Source: Azolla caroliniana
Lineage: Eukaryota; Plantae; Polypodiophyta
NCBI GenBank assembly: GCA_043228905.1
Contig: JBHGNT010000006.1
Coordinates: forward strand, 13,888,001-13,952,000
Length of the DNA: 64,000 nt
Direction of reading: 5' to 3'
Shown here: piece after piece, positions 51,850 through 64,000 of the stretch
Layout of the letters: every line of letters starts with the position of its first letter
Numbering within the stretch: the stretch's first letter is position 1
Notes under the pieces: model-generated
Told to the model about the DNA's origin: nothing
Seen by the model: the letters and a program-made list of their open reading frames with translations, nothing else
Database searches by the model: none
Translations under genes and position numbers: made by a program

Positions 51850-52981
51850 CCAATTGACCTCCATCAGAGTATGAATATCAGTGAGGGATGGTAAGGTTGG
51901 TCTGGTTGGTGAAACTAAGGAGTATGGCTTGGCTATTGATGCATTTTGGGAGGAAGACTAAAACCCTCGAGTCCCATGTTCTTCCTCAAGAAGTTCAAAA
52001 AGACGATTATCATACTTAACAGCTTGGGAGATTACTTGAGATAATGATGTGGGCTCTAGAAAGTTTAAGAGAAGAGTCTTGACATCGTTTCGGAGGCCTT
52101 GACAAAAGTGGTTGCATAAGGCTTGGTCATCCCCACTGACATCGTAGGCAATCTGACGAAACTCTAATGCATAGACAGAGGTTGGATGTGAGCTTTGTTG
52201 GAAGGAATAGAGCTTCGTGAGTGCTGTTTGTTGCCAGTCTGTATTGCCGAACGTAGCTTCAAACTCTACAAGGAAAGTGGGGAAGTTTTCTAAGAGAGGG
52301 GATGAGGTTTCGACCAAGGGTGCAAACCATGCTTGCACCGGCCCGGAGAGAAGGGTGCCGAAGAGGCCAACTCAAGAAAAATCGCTACCATAACGTTGGG
52401 GCTGTAAACAGATGATAATCCAACATTGATTGATGAAGCCGCGAAGATACGCCCTCGTTCCGTTGAATTTGTCAGGTAGGCTGGCATTTGGTTCGAGGAC
52501 ATATGGATGGAAAAGGGAAGTGGGTGGGCTAGGTGTCAACGGCGGGTGTGTCTCAACGGGTGGTGGGTTTTTTTATGTGCCAGATTGAAGCTCTCGTAAT
52601 GATTCCCGAAGGATTTCATTTTCTTGTTGAAGTTGTTGCAAGGATTCCATTACTTGGTTTAGGTTGTCGACAGAGTTGGACATGGTAGCAAGAAGAGGAA
52701 GGTGAACAAACTTTCACAGACGAGTATAATAGAGCAGAATCAAGACGAGACTAAGAACTAAGAGAGAGAATAGAGAAGAGAACAAGGTGTTGTTCACCTT
52801 TATTAGAATCAAGGTGCACCTGCGTATTTATATAAGAAAGCAGAGGTATGCATGCAAGCTAAGAATAGAGAATGCGTGAGGATGCATGCAAGCCAAGAAT
52901 AGAGAATGCATGAGGATATATGCAAGCTAGGAATAGAAAATGCATGAGGATGCATACTTCATATATATGTCTATCATGACA
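51850..52981 (-). mobile_element. Truncated Ty3/gypsy element (chromovirus-type gag remnant and a short LTR at about 52712-52981)
   Basis: ORF 51958-52338 is gag-like (AWFAPL..F..EFEATFG..Q....VYALEFRQIA..F.QGL..DVK). The LTR-like block begins TGTCATGATAG on the minus strand and has three repeats of about 29 bp. Confidence 0.65.
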
Positions 52982-54034
52982 GTTATGAGCTTTTTTCTCT
53001 ACCTAAACCTTCATATCCAGCCCTTGCATTTTTTCTACTTTTGAGAAATGGCCCTAACTTTATATCCCTTCAAGTTCCTTCCTTCTTGGATACTTAAATC
53101 TTTCATATCTTGACTTATTCTTAGAATTCGTTGCATCGAACGTATTTGCAATGTATAAATCTCCTAAACAAAAACGAAATTCACAGTATCGATGTACCTT
53201 GCATGAGTTCCTCTTTGTGACATGTTCCGTTTATTTGTACCACTATTTCATTTCCTATCCAAGGTGGTTTCACACTTTGTGTCAAAAATATCACTACAAC
53301 AAAAAACCTCTATTACACTTTAACTCTTCTTTATTTGGTTCAACCTCACTTTGATTATCTCATGGAGCAAATTATGGTGAACATTCTAGAACAAGTGGAT
53401 AACAAGGCAATAAAGACATGGGCTTAAATTTTTTTGTATGAGCATTCTTCCCACCAAACACAATAACTTTCGCTTTAGCTTTTGAATTAAACAATAACAT
53501 CATGTAGATGGGCAAGGATTTGGTCTTTATCCAAACAAAGCATAGAAATTAGAATCTTGAAGAGGAAAGTAGCATCTAAACTACGAAAGTGGGTTTTTAC
53601 GCCATATTAATATTTATGTTCGTCATTTTGCATGCTTGACACTTATTTATCTAATTCTCCTTTCTTAATGAAATATGATACCCCTCTGACATCTTTCTTG
53701 TCTTGGATTTTTAAACTTGAGGAAGTGAAAAGAAAGGAAGGGGGATGATATTTCAAAATTATTTCTTCTCTTACAACCACCGTACAACCACTTGATACTT
53801 CCACATTTTCTTTTGTTTTTTATTTACGTCTACTTCAGGGCGATACTGTTGATTTGTTTTGGTTCACTCTAATTTGGTAGATATTTTATTTTGAGGAAGG
53901 AATGATGCAGTAGGTGCACGCGAAAGCAAAAGCTTGTTATTTATTTATAGAGTCAATGTTTAGGTCATGGATATTAGTAGGAGGTGGAAGGTACTGGTAG
54001 TAGAGAGTAGTAGGTCACTGACTACTAGGCATGC

Positions 54035-54067
<33 letters not shown>

Positions 54068-54081
54068 TGTGAATTGGCTCA

Positions 54082-55197
54082 CTAAGAGGCAAGCAAGGTT
54101 TGGGCTTGTTGCTCGTATTGGAATTTAGGTGAAGAGACGAAGGAGTCGTCAGCACTAAACACAAAGATGCCCGGGAGGAGAGCGGAGGATTTGAGTTGTT
54201 GGCATGCATCCAAGACTGTGGATGGGGAGGGCCCGACATTCCCTTCCGTACTAAAGCTCGCCAACACGTTGCCCCCGCCATACTTGGCTGCCGCAGTTTT
54301 GTAGTAGGTCACATACTGAGATGCGCTGGTGCTAGTGTCATACGTGTAGAATTGGAAATTCACATAGTCGATGATGCCACGGTGCTCATTCCAAAGGGCC
54401 TTGTAGAAGCTCTCCACTCCATCAAAGGGAGCAATGGACGCCGACGATATCACTCCATCTTGCTTCAGTTGTGTAATGAGCTGCCCTATGCATGTCGAGA
54501 ACGTTGCCTCCGATGACATATCGAAGTGCTCGTAGTCGATGTCAATGCCATCTAGATGGTATAGCTGCACGAGATTCGTCAATGATGACACCGCGTTCGA
54601 TACCCACGACGACACTGTGGTGGGCTGGAATTGGGCGAAATTGCCATTCACCGTGTCTCCTCCCAGGCTAACCATCACCTTCACATTCTTGTGTTGGGAC
54701 TTGATCGCCAGCACTGCGTCGGGCGTGAGCTTCTGGTCATCCCAAAACACATTGAAATTCCCATTCGTAGACTTGCTTCCGTCGGCATTGTAGTCGATGG
54801 CGAACGAGAGAATGTAATGGAACTCGACACCATCGTTGATAGGCACATCGGAGAATGCAACATTGTTGAACTCGGCACCGATATACTCCCTGAAAAGCTT
54901 CCCATTTGTGGAGCCTGAGGTTGGAGATGGTGATGTGGGGCTCTCATCAGATGTTGGCTCAGATATGCACAGAGATTGCCCTATTTGTAGATCATCACAA
55001 TCGACTCCTGGATTATAACTCTGTAGATCTGACAGAGAGATCCCATTGTCCTGTGCTATATCATAGCAAATATCTCCCGATTTCACTGTGTATGTTTTAC
55101 AGGTCGTGGATGCACCCTCTGCCATGAGCCAGGAGGAATGCTTGGAGCAGCCTGACGAGGCCAACAGCAGCAGCAGCGTCACCAACAACAATTTCAT
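54082..55197 (-). CDS. Secreted LysM-domain GH18 (class IIIb-type) chitinase, intronless, 371 aa
   Basis: Signal peptide MKLLLVTLLLLLA; LysM CKTYTVKSGDICYDIA..NPGVDCDDLQIGQSLC; S/T/P linker; GH18 domain FREYIGA, SLGG and an intact catalytic DGIDIDYE. Confidence 0.95.
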   Translation of the reverse strand: MKLLLVTLLLLLASSGCSKHSSWLMAEGASTTCKTYTVKSGDICYDIAQDNGISLSDLQSYNPGVDCDDLQIGQSLCISEPTSDESPTSPSPTSGSTNGKLFREYIGAEFNNVAFSDVPINDGVEFHYILSFAIDYNADGSKSTNGNFNVFWDDQKLTPDAVLAIKSQHKNVKVMVSLGGDTVNGNFAQFQPTTVSSWVSNAVSSLTNLVQLYHLDGIDIDYEHFDMSSEATFSTCIGQLITQLKQDGVISSASIAPFDGVESFYKALWNEHRGIIDYVNFQFYTYDTSTSASQYVTYYKTAAAKYGGGNVLASFSTEGNVGPSPSTVLDACQQLKSSALLPGIFVFSADDSFVSSPKFQYEQQAQTLLAS

Positions 55198-55738
55198 GTG
55201 GGTAGTGGTGGTTTAGGGTTACTCTGAATCTACCTATAATGTTAGCAAGTAAGAAGCTCCTTCCACCCACCTACTACACAGGAATCAAGATCTGGAAACA
55301 CTAGGCCCTTCTCCTTGTATATACATATACATACATACATACATACATATATATGTATATATGTATGTGTCGATTGCATTTGTGAAGAAGGTTGAATAAA
55401 TCAACGAAGAAGAAGCCCCACATCATCGTTATCATCATCATCATCATAAAACACTTGAACAAACATAAAAAAGAAAAAGAAAAGAAGAAGACGGAATTCC
55501 ATGCCATGGTAGGGTATGGTCCTAATATCCATGTATGGTATTTTCAACACGAACCCAAGAAAAACGAGTAAATCATTAAATGGCATTGTTTGACTTCCAA
55601 TCCAAATGCTTGCAGGGGTCACTCAATCATTCAACTCTACTCGTGTGTGGTTAGGTGAGGTGCAATGCGTGTTTCAATGAATTACATCAGCCATAACTAA
55701 CTAGGTGGAGTAGAACCATCTGAGTTTAATTGCATCCC

Positions 55739-56050
55739 CACACACAAGCAAAACAAACAAACAAAGATTTTGGAACGAGACATACATATACATGTAGCTA
55801 GATTTTATTATCGTTGTCGAAGGTCAAATATTATCTATGAGACCTATAGTATGATCTATCAGTGAGTAGTGACTCTCGATGTTCAAGAACGTCACTAATA
55901 AATATATTAATTATTTGCGTTCCACACACAAGCAAACAAAGATTTTGGAACGAGACATACATATACATGTAGCTAGATTTTATTATCGTGGTCAAAGGTC
56001 AAATATTATTTATGAGACAAAAAATATGATCTATCTGCAAGTAGCGACTC
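55739..56050. repeat. Tandem duplication with a period of about 183 bp, upstream of the chitinase
   Basis: ccacacacaagc...gattttggaacgagacatacatatacatgtagctagattttattatcg at 55739 and 55922. Confidence 0.85.
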
Positions 56051-57689
56051 TACCATGGGATGAGATGCACTACTCTCTATCATGCAAAGTTCTCAACCCT
56101 TCGAAGCCAACCACAAAACTCAAAGGGATCCCACAATGCACATGGATACGCAAGCTCTTTCCCTTGGAATTGTGACATCAACATGTACTTGTCATTGTTG
56201 TTTCTTTATGAGACCACTTTTACCTCTAATTTGGTTATGCTCACAAGTACCTCACTTTGTGTGTGCGAAAAAACCTTGGGGTATGGCCACACATTTGCAC
56301 AATCCTTATTCGTAACAGGTGTCATTGCCAGACAACATGTAGCAAGAGTAATTATATGATGGACATGTGATCCTTGGTCCCTTGTCATTGTGGTCATTTC
56401 TCCCAACACATCCTTTCGAGTTACCAAGCTTCTCTAACTTGTTATTGACTAATCATATATCTTTTGATACTTCCATTGACCAAAATAAAAAGTAGACCTT
56501 ACGACCTATCAAAGCTTTGGTACCCCATATAATTCTCATATATGTCCTTGAATAAATCCATTGAATGAAAAAATAGAAAGAGTTACAGATATTTATTGTG
56601 CTTTACATGTACAGTTCTTGTTCACCCACTTGATTTTTTCTTTTCACCTCTAAGCTAATGCGAAGTGTGATATCATAGGTTGTGCAAGTGAAACATTTAG
56701 TAACTAAGCACGATGTTGCTAATCGGAAGTGTGAAATCATAGGTTGCGCAAGTGAAATGTTTAGGAAGTAAGCACAATGTTGACCCTTGTATAATAAGAT
56801 GTAAAACCTCATAAAAGAGGTGGATCATTGCCTTCAACTATACATAGAGGTGAGTAACGCCTTTTCATATGCATTGTAAACCTTGTGACCTATGGAAGCA
56901 TTTATTCCTTGTATAACTAATTGTTTCCATACAATTATCATACATCTTTGAACATTGGCAATCATGAGAGTGTAACTAATAGATTGCATACAATTATCAC
57001 ACATGTTTGAACAATTGCAATCATGAGAAAAAATCATAAAGACATAGATATAATTCATATGCAATATTCTTGTTTTCCCACTGATATTTTCTCCTTTTGA
57101 CATCTTACATAGAAAAAAACATGATATTAGTAGGATGTGCACGTAAAATATTGCAAAGTGTCACTTTGACTCTAAAGCATTTCTAGAACTTTGTAGAATA
57201 TTCCAAATGATGCCTCTAATCAATTTTGAGAAAACAAATGTTTTCCTTAATGGAGCTCACCTTCTAAACTTGACAACCATTGGTATATGTCAAAGTTCTC
57301 AATATGCCATTACATTAATGAGTTGTAAATTAAACCAAGAAAAATAAAATTACACCATGGAAAACGAAATGTTAGTTATGTTATAGGGGTTAAAAAGTTT
57401 AAACATTAGGTATTACCTTGCCACTTTATTTTTTTATGTACACTAGCAACCACTCTTGTACTTCATCAACAAAAGAGATTCCATGTATTGGATTATCTTC
57501 CATGCATAGTGATGTTGTTGGCGTTTGATTTTAAAATCTTTGTACTCAAAGGGAAAGATGATCAGTTGATTTTTTTTATTGCCAACTTGTACAAAATTAG
57601 AGTGCGGAAGCTATTAGACAAAATGGCTTAGTTGGCAACAATAGACAATTAGGAATACATAGAGAATGGAGGTGGAGAGCAAGTACACA

Positions 57690-58542
57690 GTGAGTGAGTG
57701 AGAGACTCAATTAGCAGACAAAAAAATTTTCTATTACAAAAAGACTTAGCGTTTTGTTCATACAATGTGCTCATAGAGCACTTTTTTATGCAAGCCCCTA
57801 ATAGTGGGGCCACAAGTACTAAATGCTCACCTATGAGCTCTAACACCTAACTTGCCTATAATATTCCTATTACTAAAATAGGAATATAGATCCTAATGGC
57901 TTCTCCGGATCCGGCCCTATAGCCCTTTTTTATGCATCTAGTATTGACAAGTACTAAATACTCGCCTATGAGCTCTAGCACCTAACTTGCCTATATATTC
58001 CTATTACTAAAATAGGAATAAAGGTCCTACCGGCTTCTCCAGCAGATCCGGCCCTATGGCCCTTTTTCGGGTCTTAGCCGATTCGGCCTTTCGGCGTGTA
58101 GTTGATCCGGCTAAATGTTCAGCTATGTGTGAACACACCTTTTGAAAATGTATGAGCATTCAAAGGTCAAAAGGTCACAACTCCTCTCTAACATTAACTA
58201 TGTGTCATAGATTTATAGTTACCACATTGAGAGAGAGACAGAGTTAGCTCAGACAACACAAATTTTTTCAATTACAAAAAGACTTTGCGTTCTGTACATA
58301 CAATGTGCTCACAGAGCACTTATTTATGCAAGCCCCTAATAGTGGGGCAACAAGTACTAAATGCTCACCTATGAGCTTTGACATCTAACTTGCCTAGATA
58401 ATATTCCTATTACTAAAATAGGAATATAGGTCCTAACGGCTTCTTCAGTGAATCCGGCCCTATGGCACTTTTTTATGCATTTAGTATTGACAAGTACTAA
58501 ATGCTCACCTATGAGCTTTGACACTTAACTTGCCTATAATAT
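57690..58542. repeat. Duplicated LTR-like block (period about 535 bp) built of sub-repeats of about 135 bp
   Basis: acaagtactaaatgctcacctatgagct...acttgccta occurs four times, and ttacaaaaagact...tttatgcaagcccctaatagtgggg twice. It is cut on the right by the copia F LTR. Confidence 0.7.
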
Positions 58543-61500
58543 TGTTGGATAACGGGTCCCTCCGGATGGGAAGTGGAGCTTGAATTGAGGAAAGGGGGAG
58601 AACTGATTCCCATGGAGTCGATGTGTATTTCGGTCGAGGCTAAAATCGGAAACTGAAATCGAAAATCAATTTAATAGCTGATTCAGGAGTCTATTTGTAA
58701 ATAGTCTAAATGTGCCCCATGTGGGCTAGACCTGTAAATAGCCAGAAAGTTGTATAAGTTTTAATACTACTAGGGCAAACTTTAGGAAGAAGGCGAATCA
58801 ATATAGTTGAACAAGTTACAATGAGTAGATGCCTCTGTAACTATGAGTGAGTGAGAGAGAGAGTGAGTAGTAACTCTACCTCCGTCTGTTAGACGAAGAC
58901 GAGCTCAAGGTTGTTGCCTCCGAGTCTCCTTGTATTCCTCTCTCAATTATAGTGATTCTGTTTCTCGGGATTTGTGGACCCCCGTGGTTTTTCCCTTTCG
59001 GGTTTTCCACGTTAAATATCTTGTGTCTCGGTAAAATCTCGTTTTCGGTTTTTTTGTCTATGTCATTGTCGATTCTATGCACCCGAAAATTCGAGAGTGC
59101 AACAGGTTGTGGCTGGTCTCGATCCTAACAAGTGGTATCAGAGCTATTGAAGAGTCATTCAGCGCCATGTTCAAACTTATTGGCTCCAACTATTCAGTGT
59201 GGAAATCGAAGATGCGGGACATGTTGGTGTGCAAAGACGTATGGTTGCCGGTGCAATTCGGCAAAAGCAAGCCACACAAGATCGACACATCAACTTGGGA
59301 AGTCATGCATCTGAAGGTGGTTGCATATATAAGGTGTTTTATAGACATGAGTCTAAACAACAACTTTGATGAAGAGATGAGCACCGAAGTCCTCCGAAAA
59401 AAAATTGGTGTGATGTTCGAAAACAAGAACGTCGTGAACAGAGTCTCAATTTTTAGAAAAATCGTGAGACTCTGGTATCAAGACGACAACATGGCGGAGC
59501 ACATTAATGCCTTCCAAGGACGGATGAATCAAACAACCTCTCTAGAAGCACCTCTTGCTGACGAGGTACTAGCATTATTGTTGCTAGGATTCCTTCCGGA
59601 TAGCTGGGAAACGCTGGTTGTGACATTGGGCAATGCGGGACTAGAAGGGAAACACTTATCCCTAGAGCAGGTGAAGTCGAGCATATTGAATGAAGAAGCT
59701 CACCGGAAGGACCGAGAGTCCAATACCGACCCAAAGGCCCTTGTCACGGAAAGTGACATGAATCGAGGAAGGCTTAAATCATAGTCCCTATAATCGAGAT
59801 AAGTTGGGGGCGAGGCCGAAGTCAAGGGGAAGGCCCATGCATGGTTGTTTACGTAACCGTATTTAACGTTTAAATACGTATAATACCTCATCATTTGTAT
59901 AGTACGTATTATACCTCAATGTCGTTCAGTCAAACATCATGTACGTTTGTCCAATACGGTATTTAACGTATTTATAAAAAAACAGGTATAATACGTATTT
60001 ATAAAGAAAATGTAAGTAAAACCCTAACAAAAAGCAAAAGAAAAAAAAAGATTTTAGTGAAAATGAAGCCAAAGGAAGGAAGGAAGAAGAATAGAAGAGA
60101 CGACGATGAAGAAGAAGAAGATGAAGAAGAAGAAGAAGAAGAGAGAAAAGAAGACATAAACTTGTCTTGAGTGTGATAATGGCAAAAGATAGAAGAAGAA
60201 GACGAAGAAAATGAAGAAAAGAGAAACCTATCATAAGCGTGATAATCGTAGACGATTCCTCAATCTATGAAGGCATAATTGTAAATAATTACAATTTGAA
60301 GTAGAACATCATGATACACACTTACACTGATTTATAGAATAAGGGAATGTCAACATCCATATTACTACAAGTATTTTAGGATGTGAAATGTTCAAATGTC
60401 TTATATGCATTTTAGGATGTAGAACTATATTGTACATCACAAAATTGTGTAAACATAGATGTTTTTTACAATATTATAGATATTTTTTTGAAACGTAAGT
60501 AATTTTCAAATTCTAGAAGTATTTAACGTACTATACGTAAAATATGTATTTAACGTATTTTATAAGTATTTAACATATTAAGAAAACATATTTAACGTAT
60601 TTTTAAATTGGGAGGTACTATACGGGTATTAATACGTTAAATACATATGGTATCTGTATTGTACCTAACGTACCTAACAACCTTGGCCCATGTGCTTCTA
60701 TTGTGGGAAGCTAGGGCACTTCCAAAAGAATTGCCGACATTTCCGAAAGGAAAAAGGGGGAGCCGATAGTGTGCAACCGAAGAAGATTTCAGACAGCAAG
60801 AACACTTTGGCGATCGTGACAAGTGAGGAGGAGTTGTTGCTCATCAATGAGCAAAACGAATTGAACCTTGTTGGCGATGAATCGACATGGGTGGTCGAAT
60901 CTAGTGCATCATTTCACCTAACCCCGATCGGAAGTGCTTCTCATCTTACAAAGCCGGAGATCTCGGGTCTGTAAGGATGGAAAATGAAGGAGCACGCCAA
61001 ATCGTCGGCATTGGAGATGTGTGTTTGGTAACCTCAACTGGGTGCAGACTAGTGTTGAAGGATGTTCGACATGTTCCGGAAGTCAAATTAAAATTGATAT
61101 CAGCCGGTGGGCTAGATGATTACGGCTACATGGGTAGAATCTAGAACAGTGTCATGAAGTTTTGCAAGGGGAGCCTGATCGTGGCTCGAGCCCGAAAAAC
61201 CAACACACTGTATATAATGAATGCTCGATTATGCCGAGGGGAAGTGAACGTGGTAGCCGACATAGCCGGTGAGCTATGGCACAAGAGGCTATGCCATATG
61301 AGCTAGAAGGGAATGTAGATGCTAACCGAAAAAGAACTCTTACCGGAGGTGAGGAAAGTGCACCTGGATAAGTGTGCTGATTGCTTGGCTGACAAGCAAA
61401 ATAGAACCTCCTTCCGATCGAGGCCCCCAAGGAGGAAGAAAATGTTGATGGAACTCGTGCATACCAATGTATGCTACGTGGATACAAAGTCACATGTTGG

Positions 61501-61731
61501 TTCACAATATTTCGTGACCTTCATAGACGACTGTAGCTGGAAGTTGTGGGCTTCTGTGCTGAAGATGAAGAATCAGGTGCTATCCATCTTCGAAGGGTTC
61601 CACGTGAGGGCCGAGAGGGAAACCGGCCGAAAACTGAAGGTATTCCGAGTGGACAATGGCAGAGAGTACCACAGACCGTTCGCAGAATATTGTCGAGCAT
61701 AGGGAATCCGACTAGATTATAGTGTGCCAAA
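58543..61731 (+). mobile_element. Ty1/copia element F (Tnt1/Tork-like): 5' LTR, gag, PR and partial integrase, 3'-truncated
   Basis: LTR 58543-59130 (TG...CA), PBS tggtatcagagc at 59133. gag NYSVWKSKM, knuckle CFYCGKLGHFQKNC, integrase FVTFIDD and DNGREY. Confidence 0.85.
59840..60685. mobile_element. hAT-like MITE inserted in the gag of copia F
   Basis: TIRs CATGGTTGTT / AACAACCTTG, 7-8 bp TSD (g)gcccatg, and many subterminal (t)acgtatttaa motifs. Removing it restores GRPMCFYCGK. Confidence 0.85.
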
Positions 61732-64000
61732 GAGGAAGATGAGATGGTGCAGATCTGTCTTTGGGGCCTAGTGTCTAAGTTAAGAGCGTTTCGAATGGCG
61801 GTATGTACAAGGGAGAATACGCCATCATTTTTCGACTTACAGTCGATGCTCCTTGTAGAGGAGAACCACGCCGGTGCATCAACAAGTGCACCCACCGACA
61901 ACCGGATGCTGTACATGGAGGCGGATCGGCCCCATGGGCGTGGTTGATGAGGTGGGTCGGCTTGCAATGGTAGCGGCCATCAAGAGCAGGACTGAAGGCA
62001 CAGAGAACGTGCCGACAACAGTTCCGGACCCTCCACAAGCAGGGGGAGTCAAGGCGGCGCCGGAGGCCAGCAAGAAAAGGCCGACATGGAATGTTGGTAC
62101 TGTGGTGAAAAGGGCCACAAAGAAAGCGAGTGCTGGAAGAAGCGCGCCGATTCGGACAGATCCAAATCCGGCAGAGAGAACCAACAATCCTCGCACTATG
62201 TAGAAGGATCGGGAGGATCCAAAACCGGAAAAGCTGGTAAAGGGCCAACCAACCTTGGTGATGAAACACGAGGCTAACTCGATGAAGAAGACCACTTCCA
62301 AATCGGAGGAAGTGTGGTACATTGATTTTGGTGCGTCAAATCACATGATGAGCCACAAAGAGTGGTTCTCTTTCTCGGAGAAACCGGAACAACCGGAAGT
62401 CGTGGAAACTGGAAATGACACTCCTCACCCAATCGTGCATGTCGGAGAAGTCCCTTTGAGCCACGTCGGACAGAGGGGGAAGTTGATGAACGTATTACAC
62501 GTTCTGACTATCACGAAGAACTTGGTGTCAGTCGGTCAAATCGTTGACTAGGGGATGCATGTGCGGTTTACGCACCTTGGTTGCTTCATCGAGGAAGAGG
62601 GCCAGATTATTGCGCAAGGGCGCAGAGATGGGAGGATGTTCATCCTCGACACCAATGACGTCGGCACCGCTTTGTTCGCCAAAGGAAAGAAGATTGAATC
62701 GGATATTGATCTCTGGCACAAGCGGATCGGCCACGTCAATTACCAGAGGCTACGAGACTTGCAAATGAAACAAGTTGTTTTCGGTTTGCCGAAGTTCAAT
62801 GGCCGGAAGGTCCAAATATGTGAAGCCTGCCAACTCGGGAAGAAAAACCGACTTCCATTCCCCACCAAATGAAATCGTAGCCGTAACAAGCTCGACCTTA
62901 TTCATTCAGATATATGGGGACCAACATAGAACGTAGTCTTGGCGGTAGTCAATATTTCATCTCCTTCATCGACAACTACAATCGGCACACGTTGATCTAC
63001 CTCATTGAGCAGAAGAGCAAAGTCTTCGAGTGTTTCCGGAACCTGCAAAGCCTGGTTGAACGGGAAACGTCAAGGAAGATCAAGTGCCCGTGGTCAAATG
63101 GTGGAAAAGAATATTTTTCCGGTCAATTCAACAGTTATCTGCAACAGAATGGAATTTGGAGAGAATTCAGCTGCAGGTACACACCGGAGCAAAACGGTGT
63201 GGCTGAAAGGAAGAACCGGTCGATTGTCGACGTGGCAAGGGTAATGATGGAGGAGAAGAGCATGCCCCATTTCTATTGGGTTGAGGCGGTCCGGACGGCC
63301 GTTTATATCAAAAACCGGATCGGTGACAAGGTGTTTGCGCATGAGCTGTATTTTGGGCGCAAGCCGAATTTGAGATACCTTTGGATATTTAGTAGCATTG
63401 CATATGTGCATGTGCCGGATGAGAAGTGGAGGAAGTTGGATGCAAAGTCAGAGAAATGCATCTTGGTCAGTTACTCGCATGAGCAAAAGGGGTATAAGTG
63501 TTATAACCCCTGGACAAAGTAGGTCCGAGTTAGCTGGGATGTTGAGTTTGATGAGACGACATCATGTAATGCCTTACCGGCTCCGACTTCCGATCCCGAT
63601 TTGATACTGTGGGATGAGGCTAGTGAGCTTGAACCGGTCCTGTTAACAGACGAAGGGTTTGAGACTCTAGATGTGAGTCCGGAATTGTTTCGGTTGAGTG
63701 GGCCAAACGAGCGACTGGGTCAGACAGACCAGTCGGAAGATGAACCGGTGAGTAGTCACGGAAACTCTATCGTGTTCCCCCCGCGCAAGGAAAAGGGCAA
63801 GAGGAAGATGCTAGAGCACGAGACCGGCAATGGTGAGTTGGATCGGAGCGGATTCGACTCCGAAAAAGAAGAAGGCGGATCTTCAGCAACGAAGACCGAA
63901 CCGGCCAAGAAGGGCCTCAAACGGGTAACGATAAGTTACGCCGGTCTTCCCACCAGAAGAACCCTGTGAAGCAATACGGGTACAATGAGTACATGGCGCA
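61732..64000 (+). mobile_element. Ty1/copia element G (D/E family): internal gag-PR-IN region lacking its 5' LTR, running off the window
   Basis: EEDEMVQICL.GL, ECWYCGEKGHKESEC, LWHKRIGH and EQNGVAERKN, highly similar to 46389-48700. Confidence 0.9.

Noticed and set aside
55301-57846. Short ORFs upstream of the chitinase as genes
   Set aside because: They are AT-rich or microsatellite-derived and have no domain motifs or coherent exon structure.

Overview
This is eukaryotic DNA from a non-seed land plant, probably a fern or lycophyte; the taxon is inferred from the LysM-GH18 chitinase and the retroelement types. Most of the window (about 9.1-52 kb and 57.7-64 kb) is a deep nest of Ty1/copia and Ty3/gypsy LTR retrotransposons, and I could read LTRs, PBS/PPT and target-site duplications for most of them directly. 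There is one ordinary host gene, an intronless secreted LysM-GH18 chitinase (54082-55197, minus strand), and a hAT-like MITE. The standout is the first 9 kb, which has three parts. (1) A Sola-like (DUF7869-type) DDD transposase gene on the minus strand, with one frameshift and one stop. (2) Head-to-head with it, a spliced gene encoding a ParB/Srx-like domain fused to a bacterial/phage-type beta-class amino (N4-C/N6-A) DNA methyltransferase. (3) Between them, an array of ten 25-bp palindromes with 51-bp periodicity. I read this as a candidate DNA transposon carrying its own non-5mC methyltransferase and a parS-like binding array. All family assignments come from motif recognition, not database searches.
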